From the human T2T-CHM13v2.0 reference genome, Homo sapiens, in NCBI RefSeq assembly GCF_009914755.1, contig NC_060933.1: 64,000 nucleotides of DNA. One strand, 5' to 3'. The number at the start of each line of letters is the position of its first letter. Positions within the stretch are counted from its first letter, which is position 1. The notes beneath the pieces were generated by a model. That model did not search any database, was not told the DNA's origin, and saw only the letters and a program-made list of their open reading frames with translations. Shown here piece by piece: positions 25,470 to 40,696 of the stretch. A program made the position numbers and the translations under genes.

Positions 25470-25832
25470 GGCCAGATGTGGTGACTCAGGCCTATAATCC
25501 CAGCATTTTGGGAGGCCAAGGCAGAAGGCTTACTTGAGGCCAAGGGTTCAAGACTAGCCAGGGCAAAATAGTGAAACTCTATCTCTACAAAAAAATAAAC
25601 TAATTAAATTAACCAGGTGTGGTGGCATACACCTGTAGTCCCAGCTACTCAGAGGGCTGAGGCAGGAATATTGCTTATGCCTGAGTTGGAGGCTGTAGTG
25701 AGCCATGATTACACCACTGGACTCTAGCCCGGGTGACAGAGAAAGACTCTGTCTCTAAAAAAAGGAAGGGAGGAAAGGAGGAAAGGAGGGAAGGAGGGAA
25801 GGAAGGAAGGGAGGGAGGGAGGGAGGGAGGGA
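25470..25832 (+). mobile_element. AluJ with a (GGAA/GGGA)n tail
   Basis: Diverged Alu with J features; purine repeat at 25764-25832. Confidence 0.9.
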
Positions 25833-27951
25833 ATATCTATTTTCCACATATGCTAGAGTATTAAAAATGAAAAGGAATTAGAGAAGCAAAGGTAAACTGT
25901 ATTTATAGAAAGGCTTTGAATGGAGATAATTTTTCACTGTATGAGATGAGTCTCTACTCCCATGGAAAAGGGGCAACAGGTTCACACTTCAACGAAAGCC
26001 TACTGATAGCAAATTAAAGTAAACACTGAGTGAGATTTATGTATGACCCCAGGAATTTGGTGGACATAGTAGGCTTGTATATGACGCCTACTTGAGAACT
26101 ATAAAAAACAAAAGACTGCCAAAATTAACCTATGGCATCAGAGTGGGGAAGTTTAATTAGGAAGTAGGTTTACTCCTGCTGACATTAGGGTCTAAGGAGC
26201 AGGTTTCAGTGGACCAGATATAGATTGTTAGTGAGAACACTGCCATAAATTTGTCTTAGAAGCAGCTTTAAACACCTATCTGGTGGGGAAATGAGAGTTC
26301 ATTTAAAAGGAAACTATATATAAAAAGTCCCCAGATATTTATGGGCTCACTAAAGAACCCACATAACATTTTAAAAAATAAAAAGTAATTCTTATCCTCC
26401 TACCATCATAGAGAATTTATTAACAACTTATAATATAGCCAGTCAAGAAAGACATACTGTTTTCTTACATCTCCTTCATTTGCCCTCCTTTCTCTTCACA
26501 TGAACCTTGGATATATCAAAAAACATGGTTAGCAGTATAGGAGAGAAGGAGTAAAAATATAAATTAAGAAAATGGAGAAAGAGTTGGGCATGGCTGCTTT
26601 CTCACTGAAAATAGCCTTCCAAATCAAGCCCAGGTAAGGGTAGTAAGAGGCTATATTTTTTGTCCATCTGATGCTTTCAATTTAAATGAGAGGTTGTTTT
26701 ATTTTTTTACTGATTTTATGTTTTTGCAACTTCATATTAGAAATAGATAAGTTTTAAAAATTTTACAATAAACATCCAAATATCTGTCACCTAGATTCAA
26801 CATGCCTCTGAATTTGCCCTGAAGGTTAACATTTAGCCAACAAATGGAGAAAGAGAAAATGTCGAGAATCACTTGGTGTGTTTTATGGTTCAGTATTAGA
26901 AGTAGATTATATAAGTTGATGAAATGCTCACATGTCATCAGTCAGAATTTATTCACATGGCACTATCTACAGGCAGGGAAAGCAGAAAAGTAGACCCTGG
27001 CTGGCTGCCTCAACTCAGCAGCAATTCCAGTGTGGAGTAGCAGCATGAATCTGTGGTATTCAGCTGGTTGTCTCATCACATTTGTTTTGTTTTCTTAACA
27101 CTTGTCTCTCGTGCATTTAAAATTTATTTGTATGTGTGCGTATGATGTTAGTTCATCATACGGATATTCGGTTTTGATTATTTCCTGAATTGGATATGTC
27201 ATTATCAACCTGAAACTGTTTGGAGGATGAAGGTAACTGATGTTCTTTTTGTAAAGAAGAAACTAGAAAAGCTCCGGAGCCAATGTGGGATTTAAGTGAG
27301 GGATAGGGCAGAATTAACCTCACAAAGAGAGTTTGAACAGGCAGTCAAGGAAAGAAGAAAATTGTTTTATCTGATATCCCTGATAAGACCCACTTGTCTG
27401 TGCCAAACATTTTAAAAACATACATAATCCTTGATTTTAAATTTAGTACAAGACTTTTTTACCCTCTAGTGATTCTACATTTAGAATAATTAAAACAAAC
27501 AAATCCACAAGCAACCATCTCCACTAATTGAAAGACTTTTTATGTGTAATAATAAAATGCAAAGATAAAAGCCAAGATCTAATCAGGTAAAAGTCATTGG
27601 TGTAGGCTAAACTGTCTGCTCTTTAATTTAGGTGTCTGGTAGTTAGGTATTCAACTCTTTGTTTCTGTTTTGTTTGAGCTAAGTGACACTGGGATATAGC
27701 ACCATCAATCACAGTTGATTATTTACTCCACAGTATTGCTATCATATTTAAAACATATCAATTCTCAAAACACCTCATGCCTTGAAATCAATTTATGTTG
27801 TACAATGAGCCCCAGCATCTGATAAATTATATGGTAAAAAGAATTCATTGTCAGTATCAATTTCAAAATACTACTTGTTAGGCTTTAAGACCAAACTTAT
27901 CTGATAAAAAGAATGTTTTCTATGCCATATTTAAAACCTATGTTCTAGAGG

Positions 27952-28150
27952 AGAACAACACACACTGGGGCCTACTAGACGGTGGAGGCTGGGAGGAGGG
28001 AGAGGATCAGGAAATATAACTAATGGGTACTAGGCTTAATACCTGGGTGATGAAATAAATAATGTGTACAACAAACCACCCTGACACATGTTTACCCATG
28101 TAACAAACCTGCACATGTACCCCTGAAATTAAAATAAAGATTAAAAAAAT
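27952..28150 (+). mobile_element. 5'-truncated L1PA/PB 3' end
   Basis: acacactggggcctac...aacctgcacatgtacccctgaaattaaaataaa, TSD taaaac(c/t)tatgttc. Confidence 0.9.
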
Positions 28151-28877
28151 AAAACTTATGTTCATATTTTATTGAAACCTTTGTAAAATGCTGACTCTGC
28201 TGAAGGTAGACGAACATCCACCTAAACTACATGGAAAGGAATTAATTAATTAGGTACCTTGGCCTTCAAAAATGGTCAACTCAAGAATAATTTACCAAAG
28301 AGAATTTGAAACCTCATTTAACAAAAGGATGGACTCCCGATTGACACACTCTTTATCTCCATTTTGAACTCGGTGAAATAAGAAGTATAACTTGAACTAC
28401 TACTTTCATTCCTGTCAGGATTAATTACTATGAAGTTTTTAAGCCTCAAAGAATAATATAAAGAACTAATGACCACTCTAGTAAACACATAAAGGCACAA
28501 GCATTAGGTTTGTGTTTAAAGAAAGAAATTAGTACTATTTAATACCACTTGGGACTGTGTCCTTTAACAATAGACTCTGAAGTGATTTTAGCATCATATA
28601 TCATCCTAAACACATGCAGTGGACTCTGGGTAAGAAATCCAGGGCTGGCTTAGCTAGGTTCATCCTTTCCCTAACTCATGCTAATGTCTTTCTCTCTAGA
28701 AGTGGGCCTTCACAAACAAGTTTTAGCTCTTACTAAAAGTTTGGGATTTTTTTCTTATATTATTATGTTCCTCCTTACTCCATATAATCATTAATCAAGG
28801 GATAAACAACTGGCCTAAGTTTCCTTATTTTTCCCCCAGGAGTCCAAAACTTTGATTGAAGCAAATCAGAGACTACA

Positions 28878-29715
<838 letters not shown>

Positions 29716-30549
29716 CTTTATTCCTTCAGAGATGAGTTGCAGAGAGTAGCAGTATTCTAGAGTAGTTATTAATCTCATGCTTTTGGGACTCTCAAAGCAT
29801 CTCTCGTTCCCTTCTTTCCTGAGACTTACTTTTTCAACTGTATTTTCATTCTTTAAGATATTCTATTCAGTTTCCAATACATTCATTAAACCAGACAGAT
29901 TTCATTTTTGTTGATAACAATCTAAACAGCCTTTAGCTGTTATTGTTTATTTTAATTTCATGTTAAGCTTTATTTTTATTATTATTTCAATTCCTGTAAT
30001 TTTTAAATGATTCAATAAAGTGGATGATTTTCCTTTTTTTACCCCATGATCACCTAACTTGGTCTTAATAAATAAACTGTGCCAAAATAGTCATAATTTG
30101 TATAATAAACCTACAGATGTAATTTATCAATTCCTGTGACATCTAAGCTTTTATCTTATGTTTTGCCACCATTATATATTTTTTTAATTGGAATCCTTCC
30201 CTATCTGTGATTGTTGGTGAAATTCTATGTGGTATAGCCAGCAGTTATCACTAGAGCAATCTGGAATGTTATTCAGAATGTGAGAAAATAATTTCCAGCA
30301 TATCTATCAATTGGAAAAAGGATCTTTAATTATTTGATATCAAATTCATAACAGCATGGCTATAGACCTATGCATGATCACTTGGGAAACCAAAGACCAT
30401 AAATGAGGAGTTTAAATTTTTTTGTTTTAAAGACAAGAAAAGTCAATCAGCAACCCAGATCTTCTGGTTCTTTGTGTTGTGTTTTATCTATGCTCCTCTT
30501 CAAATTTCTATGCTGATTTTATCAAGTGACATGAAAACATTATTTACAA

Positions 30550-30576
30550 TTTTCTTTCTTCCTCTCTCTCTCTCTC

Positions 30577-30610
<34 letters not shown>

Positions 30611-30890
30611 AGATGGAGTCTCACCCCGTCGCCCAGACTGGAGTGCAGTGGTACGATCTGGGCTCACTGCAACCTCCTCCTCCCGGGTCCAAGAAATTAT
30701 CATGCTTCAGCCTCCCAGGTAGCTTGGACTATAGCCACAAACCACCGTGCCCAGCTAATTTTTGAATTTTTAGTAGAGACAAGGTTTCACCATCTTGGCC
30801 AGGCTGGTCTTGAACTCCTGGCCTCATGTGATCCACCCGCCTTGGCCTCCAAAGGGCTAGGATTACAGGGGTGAGCTACCATGCCAGGCC
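30550..30890 (-). mobile_element. AluS
   Basis: Antisense Alu with a T/CT-rich tail. Confidence 0.92.
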
Positions 30891-31027
30891 ACAATTGTTT
30901 TTTATTTGGGAAAGTTAAGACAAAATATTTACCTGCTAACATTCTAACAGCTGCCTCTCTTTTCAAAAGCTTGGCTATTCCCCTTGATGAAAGATTCCTA
31001 CCACTCTACAATATGTCTATTGATTCA

Positions 31028-31314
31028 AATCATTCTCAGCAAACTATCCTAAGGACAAAAAGACAAACACCACATGTTCTCACTCATAGGTGGGAATTGA
31101 ACAATGAGAACACATGGACACAGGAAGGGGAACATCGCACATTGGGGCCTGTTGTGGGGTGGGGGGAGGGAGGAGGGATAGCATTAGGAGATATATCTAA
31201 TGTTAAATGACGAGTTAATGGGTGCAGCACACCAACATGGCACATGTATACATATGTAACTAACCTGCACGCTGTGCACATGTACCCTAAAACTTAAAGT
31301 ATAATAAAAAAAAA
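31028..31314 (+). mobile_element. Young L1PA 3' end, 5'-truncated
   Basis: Near-consensus primate L1 3'UTR: catgttctcactcataggtgggaattgaacaatgag...cctaaaacttaaagtataataaaa. Confidence 0.95.
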
Positions 31315-32471
31315 TTAACGTGAAAACTATTGCTTTCTCCTGCATTCCATCTCCAGGGAAAAGTAGTTCTGTTAAGGTGTTAAGAGCCCCTTGACTGTAC
31401 CATAGTGTCTGAGGATGGAGCTTTGGAGTTGATGAGAGAAGCAGTTAGCCTCTGAGCTTAATCACAGCAGATTCTATTTCAGTACTTTATGCATGTGGAG
31501 GTCACAATATCCTGGACCACATGACAGTAGGTACCTCCTGAACCTATCTCTTCATCCCCGTTGAGATAACATTTTGAAAAGAGAATAAAACCTACTGGAA
31601 AGGAGAAAATATAAGCCTATCTAATCACAGTTCACGGGATCCTCAGAGTTCTGTACACTGCACCGTGCCTCACTACAGTTAAGACTCCACACTGGAGCTT
31701 GAGGAAAAAACCCTAGGAAATAAAGTATTTCCTCACATAGTCTTGTTGTCCATTCATACATTATTCTCTTCAAATTTTATTAAAAGGCAACCACTAAAAT
31801 CTTGGATGACTACTATTCTTCTGTGAAATCCTAAAACACACATACCTTACATTTGGTGTAATTTGGTGAAACGGTGAGAATATACATTAAATAAAGGACA
31901 AAACTTTGAAACACAAAGTATGAAAAATAAAAACAAAGTTTCATTGTGTTTTTGTCTGACTCTAAATCATGGGAGCCCAGCTGTGGTTATCTTTGGTCTG
32001 AATTCAAGGTGGATCTTTTGACCAGGTCCTCTATAGGAAAAAATCTCCTTTTCCTATTGCAGTATTTTATAATCCTTTGCCAATTCAGGGCCTTTTTGGC
32101 CTCCTTACAACCCCATCCACCAATTTAGCAGTGCCTTCTTTGAACATTATCAAGAGACAAGAGAAAAGTAAGCTTTAACTTAACCATTAGCTAATTAGAG
32201 CTATTTGCTTGGAAAATTTTCTTTGCATGTTTTTCCTCTTGATCTCTCAACATTTTGTGATATTCAGTTTTATAGCCCTAGTCTTGCTTGGATCACTCCT
32301 ATGTGTGCAACATTAATATAGCAAAAGATAATGTTCAAATAAGAGAAATCATATGCAGTAACTGGGATAAAAGATAAAGGCAAATCATTCCAAGAAAAAA
32401 AAAGTCATGGGCTATCACTAGGTAGTTATTTTAATAGATAAGGAAATAAAGATGATAAAAAGAGTGCCCGC

Positions 32472-32682
32472 TTGGACATTAAGATGGGAACAGTAGACAC
32501 TGAGGAATACAAGAGAGGAGCGGGGGAGGGAGACAAAGGTTGAAAAACTTCCTATCGTGTACTGTGCTCACTACCTGGGCTCACTACAGGTACAATTGTA
32601 CTCCAGACCTCAGCATTGCACAGTATAACTTTGTAACAAATCTGAACATTTACCCTGTGAATCTAAAATAAAAGTTGTAAAA
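32472..32682 (+). mobile_element. L1PB/L1MA 3' end
   Basis: gatgggaacagtagacactg...aaggttgaaaaact...gaatctaaaataaaagttg. Confidence 0.8.
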
Positions 32683-33287
32683 CAGAAAGAGTCCTAGAAT
32701 CCTGCTTTATCTTGAAGTGGCTTTGATTTCAGGACGCTACTGTTTGGGCTTTGAGTCAGAAAATCTCTCCCAATGCTGAAGAAATCTATCTTTGATACAG
32801 AAAAAAAGCTCTTATATTGATCTTTATTTTATTGTATTATGCAGAGCAGGCTATTTGCTAATGCAAATAATTTCCAAATCTCAGTGGCTTAGTAAAATAG
32901 GATTTTATTTTTTACTTATGTGAAATCCAATAGGATGGAGGGAAAGGACAAATGTTCTGCTTCACGAAGTCTCTCGGGAACCCAGGATCCTTTTATTGTA
33001 TAGTCCCACAGTTCTCAAGGGCCTTGTAGTCCTCAGCTGATTCCTCTTTGACTGTCAGACAAGGGAAAAGAGACAAGCAAGCATGGAAGATCTCACTGAA
33101 GGTTTTTATGAGTCATGCCTGGATGTAGCACACATTGCCTTCGCTCATATGTCGACCATCAGACTGAAAAAGAGTCTAAGAAATGTCCTCTCATTGTGAT
33201 CCCAGAAAGGAAAAGATGGGTTTACATAAACACATACTCTCTTCCACTCTTGTACTTATTGTGGCTCAAGTATTCATATTCATTTCC

Positions 33288-33581
<294 letters not shown>

Positions 33582-34030
33582 TCATATTCATTTCCAATGT
33601 AATGAAAGACTCCCTTCACAATTGCCAGAACCCGTATATACAGTTTTCTGATTTTCAGATGGATGCATTTTATATCAGAATCTTCTTGTCTTTTTTCCCC
33701 TCTGTCTCTAGCCAAGTTCTAAGACAGCAGGTTATTACTAAATTTTGATAATAGCATGGATTTAAGGGGACCCAGATCCCAGAGTATGAGTTCCAGCACA
33801 GTTCTTTTCTGGAGTCTATCAGTAAAGATAAAGAGAAATGGGAATCACTAGTACGTAAAAGTTGTGCCCTCTCCTTGTACCGAGGTGAAGAAAAATTAAG
33901 TGAATTAATTAAAAATTCAATAGCTATTAAGAAAAGTAAATGGTCTATATCCAACACTGTGACTCTAGTTATCAGAATTACTGATAGGCAAAGGGAGAGT
34001 CACAATCAGCAAGTAAGAAGGCTGGCAACA

Positions 34031-34298
34031 GGCCTGGCGTGGTGGCTCACGCCTGTAATCCCAGCACTTTGGGAGGCCAAGGCAGGTGGATCACTTGAGG
34101 TCAGGAGATTGAGGCCAACACAGCAAAACCCCGTCTCTACTGAAATTACAAAAAAAAATTTAGCCAGGTGTGGTGATGCACGCCTGTAGCCCAACCTACT
34201 TAGGAGGCTGAGGCAGGAGAATCCTTTGAACCCCGGAAGCGGAGATTGCACTGAGCCACCACTATACTCTAGCCTAAGTGACAGAGCGAGACTGTCAC

Positions 34299-34331
<33 letters not shown>
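34031..34331 (+). mobile_element. AluS
   Basis: Alu dimer with small deletions, long A tail, TSD aaggctggcaaca. Confidence 0.93.
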
Positions 34332-34334
<3 letters not shown>

Positions 34335-34762
34335 TGGCAACAGAAAACAGTTGTTGGCATTTTATAAGAAAACTATCAGAAACCTAAGGAGTAAGAAAAT
34401 CTTATACAAGGTTTTGGTCTATCTAAAACATGAGCTGTGGGAAATAGTAAAAGAAAGGAAGACATTCAAACTCAGCATACATCAGTTTTACACAAAGTCT
34501 ACCAAGAAGCACATTGTAGTGTTAAAATCTCAACTGGCGTTTTCAAAAGGGCATTGAAAAACACTAAAGTAGAAAAGAAATGAATTTCTAGAGGCAGTCT
34601 AATCAGATTTCACTGATATATGTAATAAGCTAAAGATGCAAGGAATATTTCTGCTGCAACTAGAGTAGAAAAGGTTTCCGAAGGTCAGGAAATTCAAGGA
34701 AAACAATGTTTGAGGGCGAAGCATATGCAGATACTGACACTGGACCCTAAGGCACAGGTTTA

Positions 34763-35083
<321 letters not shown>

Positions 35084-35556
35084 GCAAAAAGAATAGCACA
35101 CACACCCCATTCCTAAGTCTATTCTCCAGGAGGGACAAATGTAGACCCAGAAAGAAAAGCTTCCCTGGGAGGGAGAATCCAGAGTCTAAGGAATTCAGGA
35201 GTTGGGGGCTGAAGCTGCAGCTATTGTTACACAGTAATTTAAATGTCAGCAAATGGCTAAGGAACATGGTATGGTGGTTCTTCTGAGAATAGAACACTTC
35301 AAGGAGGGGAGCAAGAATTTGGGAGAAGAGGAAATGCAAGGCCATAAGTAATACTAATCTTTGTAGTAAGTAAAATTCTGAGTTCATGAAGGAGTGGAAA
35401 TTCTAGCCCTAGTGACGGACCACAATCAATAAAAAACTGGGATGCCAAGAACTCTGGTCTAAAGGGGAACTGTGAATTAAGACCAATGGACAATAAATGA
35501 CATAAAAGGGAAAAATAGCATCAATAAAGATAAATTGTTGAATACTACCTTACACA

Positions 35557-35880
<324 letters not shown>

Positions 35881-37625
35881 TAATAAATTTCTCTTAATTT
35901 ATGTATGCATATGCAGGGCAGATTTCACAAAGCTATTGCCCTCTCTTTTGTTTTATTGTTCCCTCAGAATATAAGAAGCAGAGTAAGTACCACAGCTAAT
36001 CTCTCAGTGAGAGATTTCTCTCATATGAGGTTTCAATTCATAGACACCGGACTTGGGAAATTGACAGGAATCCTGGAAAAGCTAACATAAACCAAAAAAA
36101 AAATTGCTATCTTAAACGGTTATTTTTCCTTCTTAGTTTGTCCCTCAGTTAGGACAAGGTCTTTGGTGGAACACGCTTTTGTTTATGGGAATATGTTTAG
36201 ATTTTAGGGGCTGCCAAGGTCCTGTGGGTCCAGGGCACTTTGTGAATGAAGTGTGGGGCTGGTGTTGTGATGTTCTCGTATGTCTTTGCGGTCTCTCTAG
36301 GACTTTAATAGAATGTGGGAGAGTTTTCTAGTTGGAAGTAGTCCCAGTGGAGGTGCCCAAAATACTCCACTACTTCTACGGAAGGGAGTATGTGCAACTG
36401 CTGACCCTGTTTCTCTACCAAGACGTCTATGTGAGTTGTCCGTTGACTGACACTCAGTAAAATAAGGAGGAAATGCAGGAGAGAAGATGCTTTTAGACAT
36501 AATTTGGATCCTTAATTTATCTCATTTCAGTTGTTAAATTTCCCAGCGGTAGAAACAGGTTTATATGATAACATGAAGGGTTAATATTGTTAAAATGTAT
36601 AGGTTTGGTGGCAAATTTGGGGCATTTGAAATGCTGGTCTTATATTATCTGGGCTCTACCTTGAGCTGCCACATCTCCTATAAACTTGTCTAGTGAGTAG
36701 GTAGGAGAAGGGGAAACAGAAGCATAGATAATTATCCTGATGTATAGTATGCCCTTGGGGTCACTCAATTAATTCCTGTACTGACCCATTTTATAGGCTT
36801 TAGAGAACAGTATCAAAAGGGATTTTGATGAAGGCCTAAGGGGATGATCTGCCATTCTAATTGGTCCCTGCAAGACTATAAGCTCTGTAAAAGTCAAAAT
36901 TAGGAAATTTTAATTACATAGACATACTTTAGTTATAAAAATGTAGGTTAAATCATATTTATAGACATACAAACTTGAATGCAAATGCTCTGTGGAAAAT
37001 TTCCTCATGAACAAGACAAAAAAATTGAAAGAGGAAGAATATATATATATACGTCTTGTAACCACAGGAGTAATATAAATGAAGATATTAGCTAGATGGA
37101 AAATCGTTTTTTGAAAGATGAAATGTGCATACTTGGTTTCTTGTCAATGTTGATTAAGAGACCTTTTTTATATTTGTCAATAATTAGGGCAACAAAATAG
37201 GACTTTCTGGTCAGTTTGTCTGATTACACGTCTTCTAAATATAAGACTTCAAACATTTGATTTCGTTAAGCATTTCTGTGATAGGATGTTATATCTCTTT
37301 GCTTAAATTATATATTTGCTTTAAACCTTGAATTTTCTTTCTCACCTTGTATATAATCTTGCTAACTTTGTTTAAACTCATTCCCTATTATTTACTCTGT
37401 GTTTCAATCTTTTGTTAGACTGAGACAATTTTGGTCTCCTTCAGAATTCTTGTTTTTTTTAAGTCCCCTCTGACTGATCTGACCTCTGTATAATTTGAAG
37501 CCTAATTTAATTCAGTTGCTCCCTGAGAGCTGAACCCAGATTTGTTTTGCCCTCATCACTGCATTCCTATTGCTTAGCAAAAATTAAGTGACCAGACTTT
37601 CAAATCACATGATTACATGTAATTT

Positions 37626-37937
37626 TGATAGACGCGGGAGGAAGATAAGGGGGAGGGTCCCTGGAGAATCTCGCACTGGCCTGGGAACTGGGAGAACAGG
37701 GTGGAGCCACAGGAAGTTCCCGCCGTTTGCGGAGGGGAGGAGCCTGGCCTCTCCTGTCCCTGTGTGTTGACCTGGGATTCAATCTGTGAGATGGCGGCCT
37801 GTTAACAGGAACCCCTCTCGCTTTGCTGAGAGGTTTTTTTCCTTTTCACCCAAAAAATGCCGTTCCCCTTCATCCTTCAAAGTGTCTACGTGCCTAACTT
37901 TTCCCCGTTGTGTGACAAGAACTCGTTTTTTTCTACA
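37626..37937 (+). mobile_element. ERV1 solo LTR, MER61-like
   Basis: tgatagacgcgggaggaagataagggggagggtccctggagaatctc...ttttctaca; family assigned from recalled consensus. Confidence 0.75.
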
Positions 37938-38199
37938 TTTTGTTAAAACATTTAGTCATGGGACCACATAAAGGTAGAAGGAGGCATTTTCTGTTAATCC
38001 ATTGATCATTTTCCTGTCCTAAATGGTTCAACAATGTCTCCCGCTGACTACTAGTCTTGTTGAGATTATTAAAGGAAAGAATCAAAGGTAGGGGAAAGTT
38101 GACTTCTGAAGGCTGCCCAGGCTCTTTTTTGTGTCCCATTGTCACTGGTTCTATAAGAATGAGTTAGGATCAAGGATATACATTGAGCCACAGTGCTAG

Positions 38200-39757
38200 T
38201 GTGTCCGGAATTGGCAGGCTCTTGGTCTCACTAACTTTAAGAATGAAGCCGCGGACCCTTGTGTTGAGTGTTACAGTTCTTAAAGATGGTGTGTCCAGAG
38301 TTTGTTCCCTCTGATGTTCGGACGTGTTTGGAGTTTCTTTCTTCTGGTGGGTTCATGGTCTCACTGGCTTTAGGAGTGAAGCTATAGACCTTCGCAGTGA
38401 GTGTTACAGCTCTTAAGGCGGTGCGTCTGGAGTTGTTCGTTCCTCCCCTCCGGAGTTGTTTATTTCTCCCAGTGGGTTCATGGTCTCGCTGGCCTCAGGA
38501 GTGAAGCTGCAGACCTTTGCGGTGAGTGTTACAGTTCATAAAAGCAGTGCGGACCCAAAGAGATTTATTGCAAAGAGCGAAAGAGCAAAGCTTCCACAGT
38601 GTGGAAGGGGACTCAAGCAGGTTGCCACTGCTGGCTGGGGGCAGCCTGCTTTTATTCCCTTATGTGGCCCCACCCACATCCTGTTGATTGGTTCATTTTA
38701 CAGAGAGCTGATTGGTCTGTTTTACAGAGAGCTGATTGGTTTGTTTTACAGAGAGCTGATTGGTCTGTTTTGACAGGGTGCTGATGGGTGCGTTTACAAT
38801 CCCTGAGCTAGACACAAAAGTTCTCCAAGTCCCCACTAGATTAACTAGACACAGAGCACTGATTGGTGCATTTACAAACCTTGAGCTAGACACAGGGTGC
38901 TGACTGGCGTGTTTGCAAACCTTGAGCTAGACACAGAATGCTGATTGGTTTATTTACAATCCTTTAGCTAGACATAAAGGTTCTGCAAGTCCCCACCAGA
39001 TTAGCTAGATAGAGAGTGCTGATTGGTGCATTTACAAACGTTGAGCAAGACACAGGGTGCTGATTGGTGTGTATACAATCCTCCAGCTAGACATAAAAGT
39101 TCTCCAAGTCCCCACTAGACTCAGGAGCCCAGTTGGCTTCACCTAGTGGATCCCACACTGGGCCGCAGGTGGAGCTGCCCACCAGTACCGCGCCTTGCAC
39201 CCGCACTCCTCAGCCCTTGGGCGGTCAATGGGACCGTGTGCCGCGGAGCAGGGGGCGGCGCTCATTGGGGAGGCTCAGGCCGCACAGGAGCCCATGGCAG
39301 CAAGGAGGCTCGGGCATGGCGGGCTGCAGGTCCTGAGCCCTGCCCCACGGGGAGGCAGCTGAGGCCCGGCAAGAATTTGAGCGCAGCTCCAGTGGGCCTG
39401 CACTGCTGGGGGACCTGGTGCACCCTCCGCAGCTGCTGGCCCAGATGCTAAGCCCCTCACTGCCCGGGGCTGGTGGTGCCAGCTGGCTGCTCTGAGTGCG
39501 GGGCCCGCTGAGCTTACGCCCACCCAGAACTCACGTTGGCCCACGAGCACCGCACACAGCCCCGGTTCCCGCCCACGCCTCTCCCTCCACACCTCCTCAC
39601 AAGCAGAGGGAGACGGCTCCAGCCTCGGCCAGCACAGAGAGGGGCTCCCACAGTGTAGTGGCGGGCTGAAGGGCTCCTCAAGCATGGCCAGAGTGGGCAC
39701 CAAGGCCGAGGAGGCGCCAAGAGTGAGCAAGGGCTACCAGCACACTGTCACCTCTCA
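38200..39757 (-). mobile_element. LTR12 (ERV9) long solo LTR, LTR12C/D-like
   Basis: Termini tgtgtccggaattgg / gtcacctctca, TSD CTAG, tandem CCAAT enhancer repeats, CpG-rich U3 part. Confidence 0.95.
38640..39070 (-). promoter_or_regulatory. LTR12 U3 promoter/enhancer: 8 intact CCAAT (NF-Y) boxes upstream of an AATAAA-type TATA element
   Basis: gattgg repeats at ~38687-39066; gggaataaaagc on the - strand at ~38650. NF-Y-driven ERV9 promoter architecture is established. Confidence 0.7.
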
Positions 39758-40268
39758 CTAGGGCCATGAGATTTGTAGCTTTGTAGAATCTCCTTCCCTT
39801 CCACAAAGCTGAAGGAATAAGAATGTCAGGTTTCCTTACCCTGAGACGGTCTAGGTTGAGGACATGGGCTTTGATAGGAAAAGGTAGACACTGTCCTCTC
39901 CTGTCATTATGGTAACTAATTTCTAGTTAGATTATGATTATCTCTATCACGTATTTAACCCTGGACTTGTCTTTCTTTATCATGAGCCAAAATTCCTTAC
40001 CTTTCCATTAATGTTGAAGGCCATTTAGCCTTACATCTGGTATAGGCAGTAGGAAGCATCATCCAAAAATATCCTTCCTGACTCACTAAACATTGGGGTA
40101 TGAGTCAAAAGCCTTATAGTGATAGTATGCAAGCCACCTAAAATGCCACTTCTACCAAGAAAATTTCCCCAAAGTACTCATTCAGAATTAACCAGGTCTT
40201 CCCTTGAAGCATACTAGTAAGCTTGTATCTCTATGTGACAGTTAATTGTATTCAATACACTCTAATAT

Positions 40269-40696
40269 TGTGTCTGGAGTTGGTTCCTGCCGGTGGGTTC
40301 GTGGTCTCGCTCATTTCAAGAGTGAAGCTGTGGACCTTCATGGTGAGTGTTACAGCTCCTAAAGGTGGCACGGAGCCAAAGAGTGAGCGGTAGCAAGATT
40401 TACCATGAAGAGCAAAAGAACAAAGCTTCCATGGCGTGGAAGGGGACCTGAGCGGGTTGCCACTGCTGGCTGGGGTGGCCAGCTTTTATTCCCTTATTGT
40501 CCCCTCCCATGTTCTATTTTTGTCCTATCAGAGTGCATTTTTTTTCAATCCTCCCCATGATTGGCTACTTTTAGAATCCTGCTGATTGGTGCATTTTACG
40601 GAGAACTGATTGGTGTGTTTTACAATCCTCTTGTAAGACAGGAAAGTTCCCCAAGTCCCCACATGACCCAGGAAGTCCAGCTGGCCTCACCTCTCA
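40269..40696 (-). mobile_element. Short LTR12-family solo LTR (LTR12F-like)
   Basis: Termini tgtgtctggagttgg / ctcacctctca, TSD ATAT, 3 CCAAT boxes. Confidence 0.92.

Noticed and set aside
25764-25810. GGAA microsatellite as an EWSR1-FLI1-type enhancer
   Set aside because: Only a few consecutive GGAA units; the array is interrupted
28258-28444. - strand exon-like stretch (VQNGDKECVNRESILLLNEVSNSLW)
   Set aside because: Weak acceptors, in-frame stops and no recognisable homolog
38200-40696. The two LTR12s as the ends of one deleted ERV9 provirus
   Set aside because: They differ in length and subtype, and each has its own TSD
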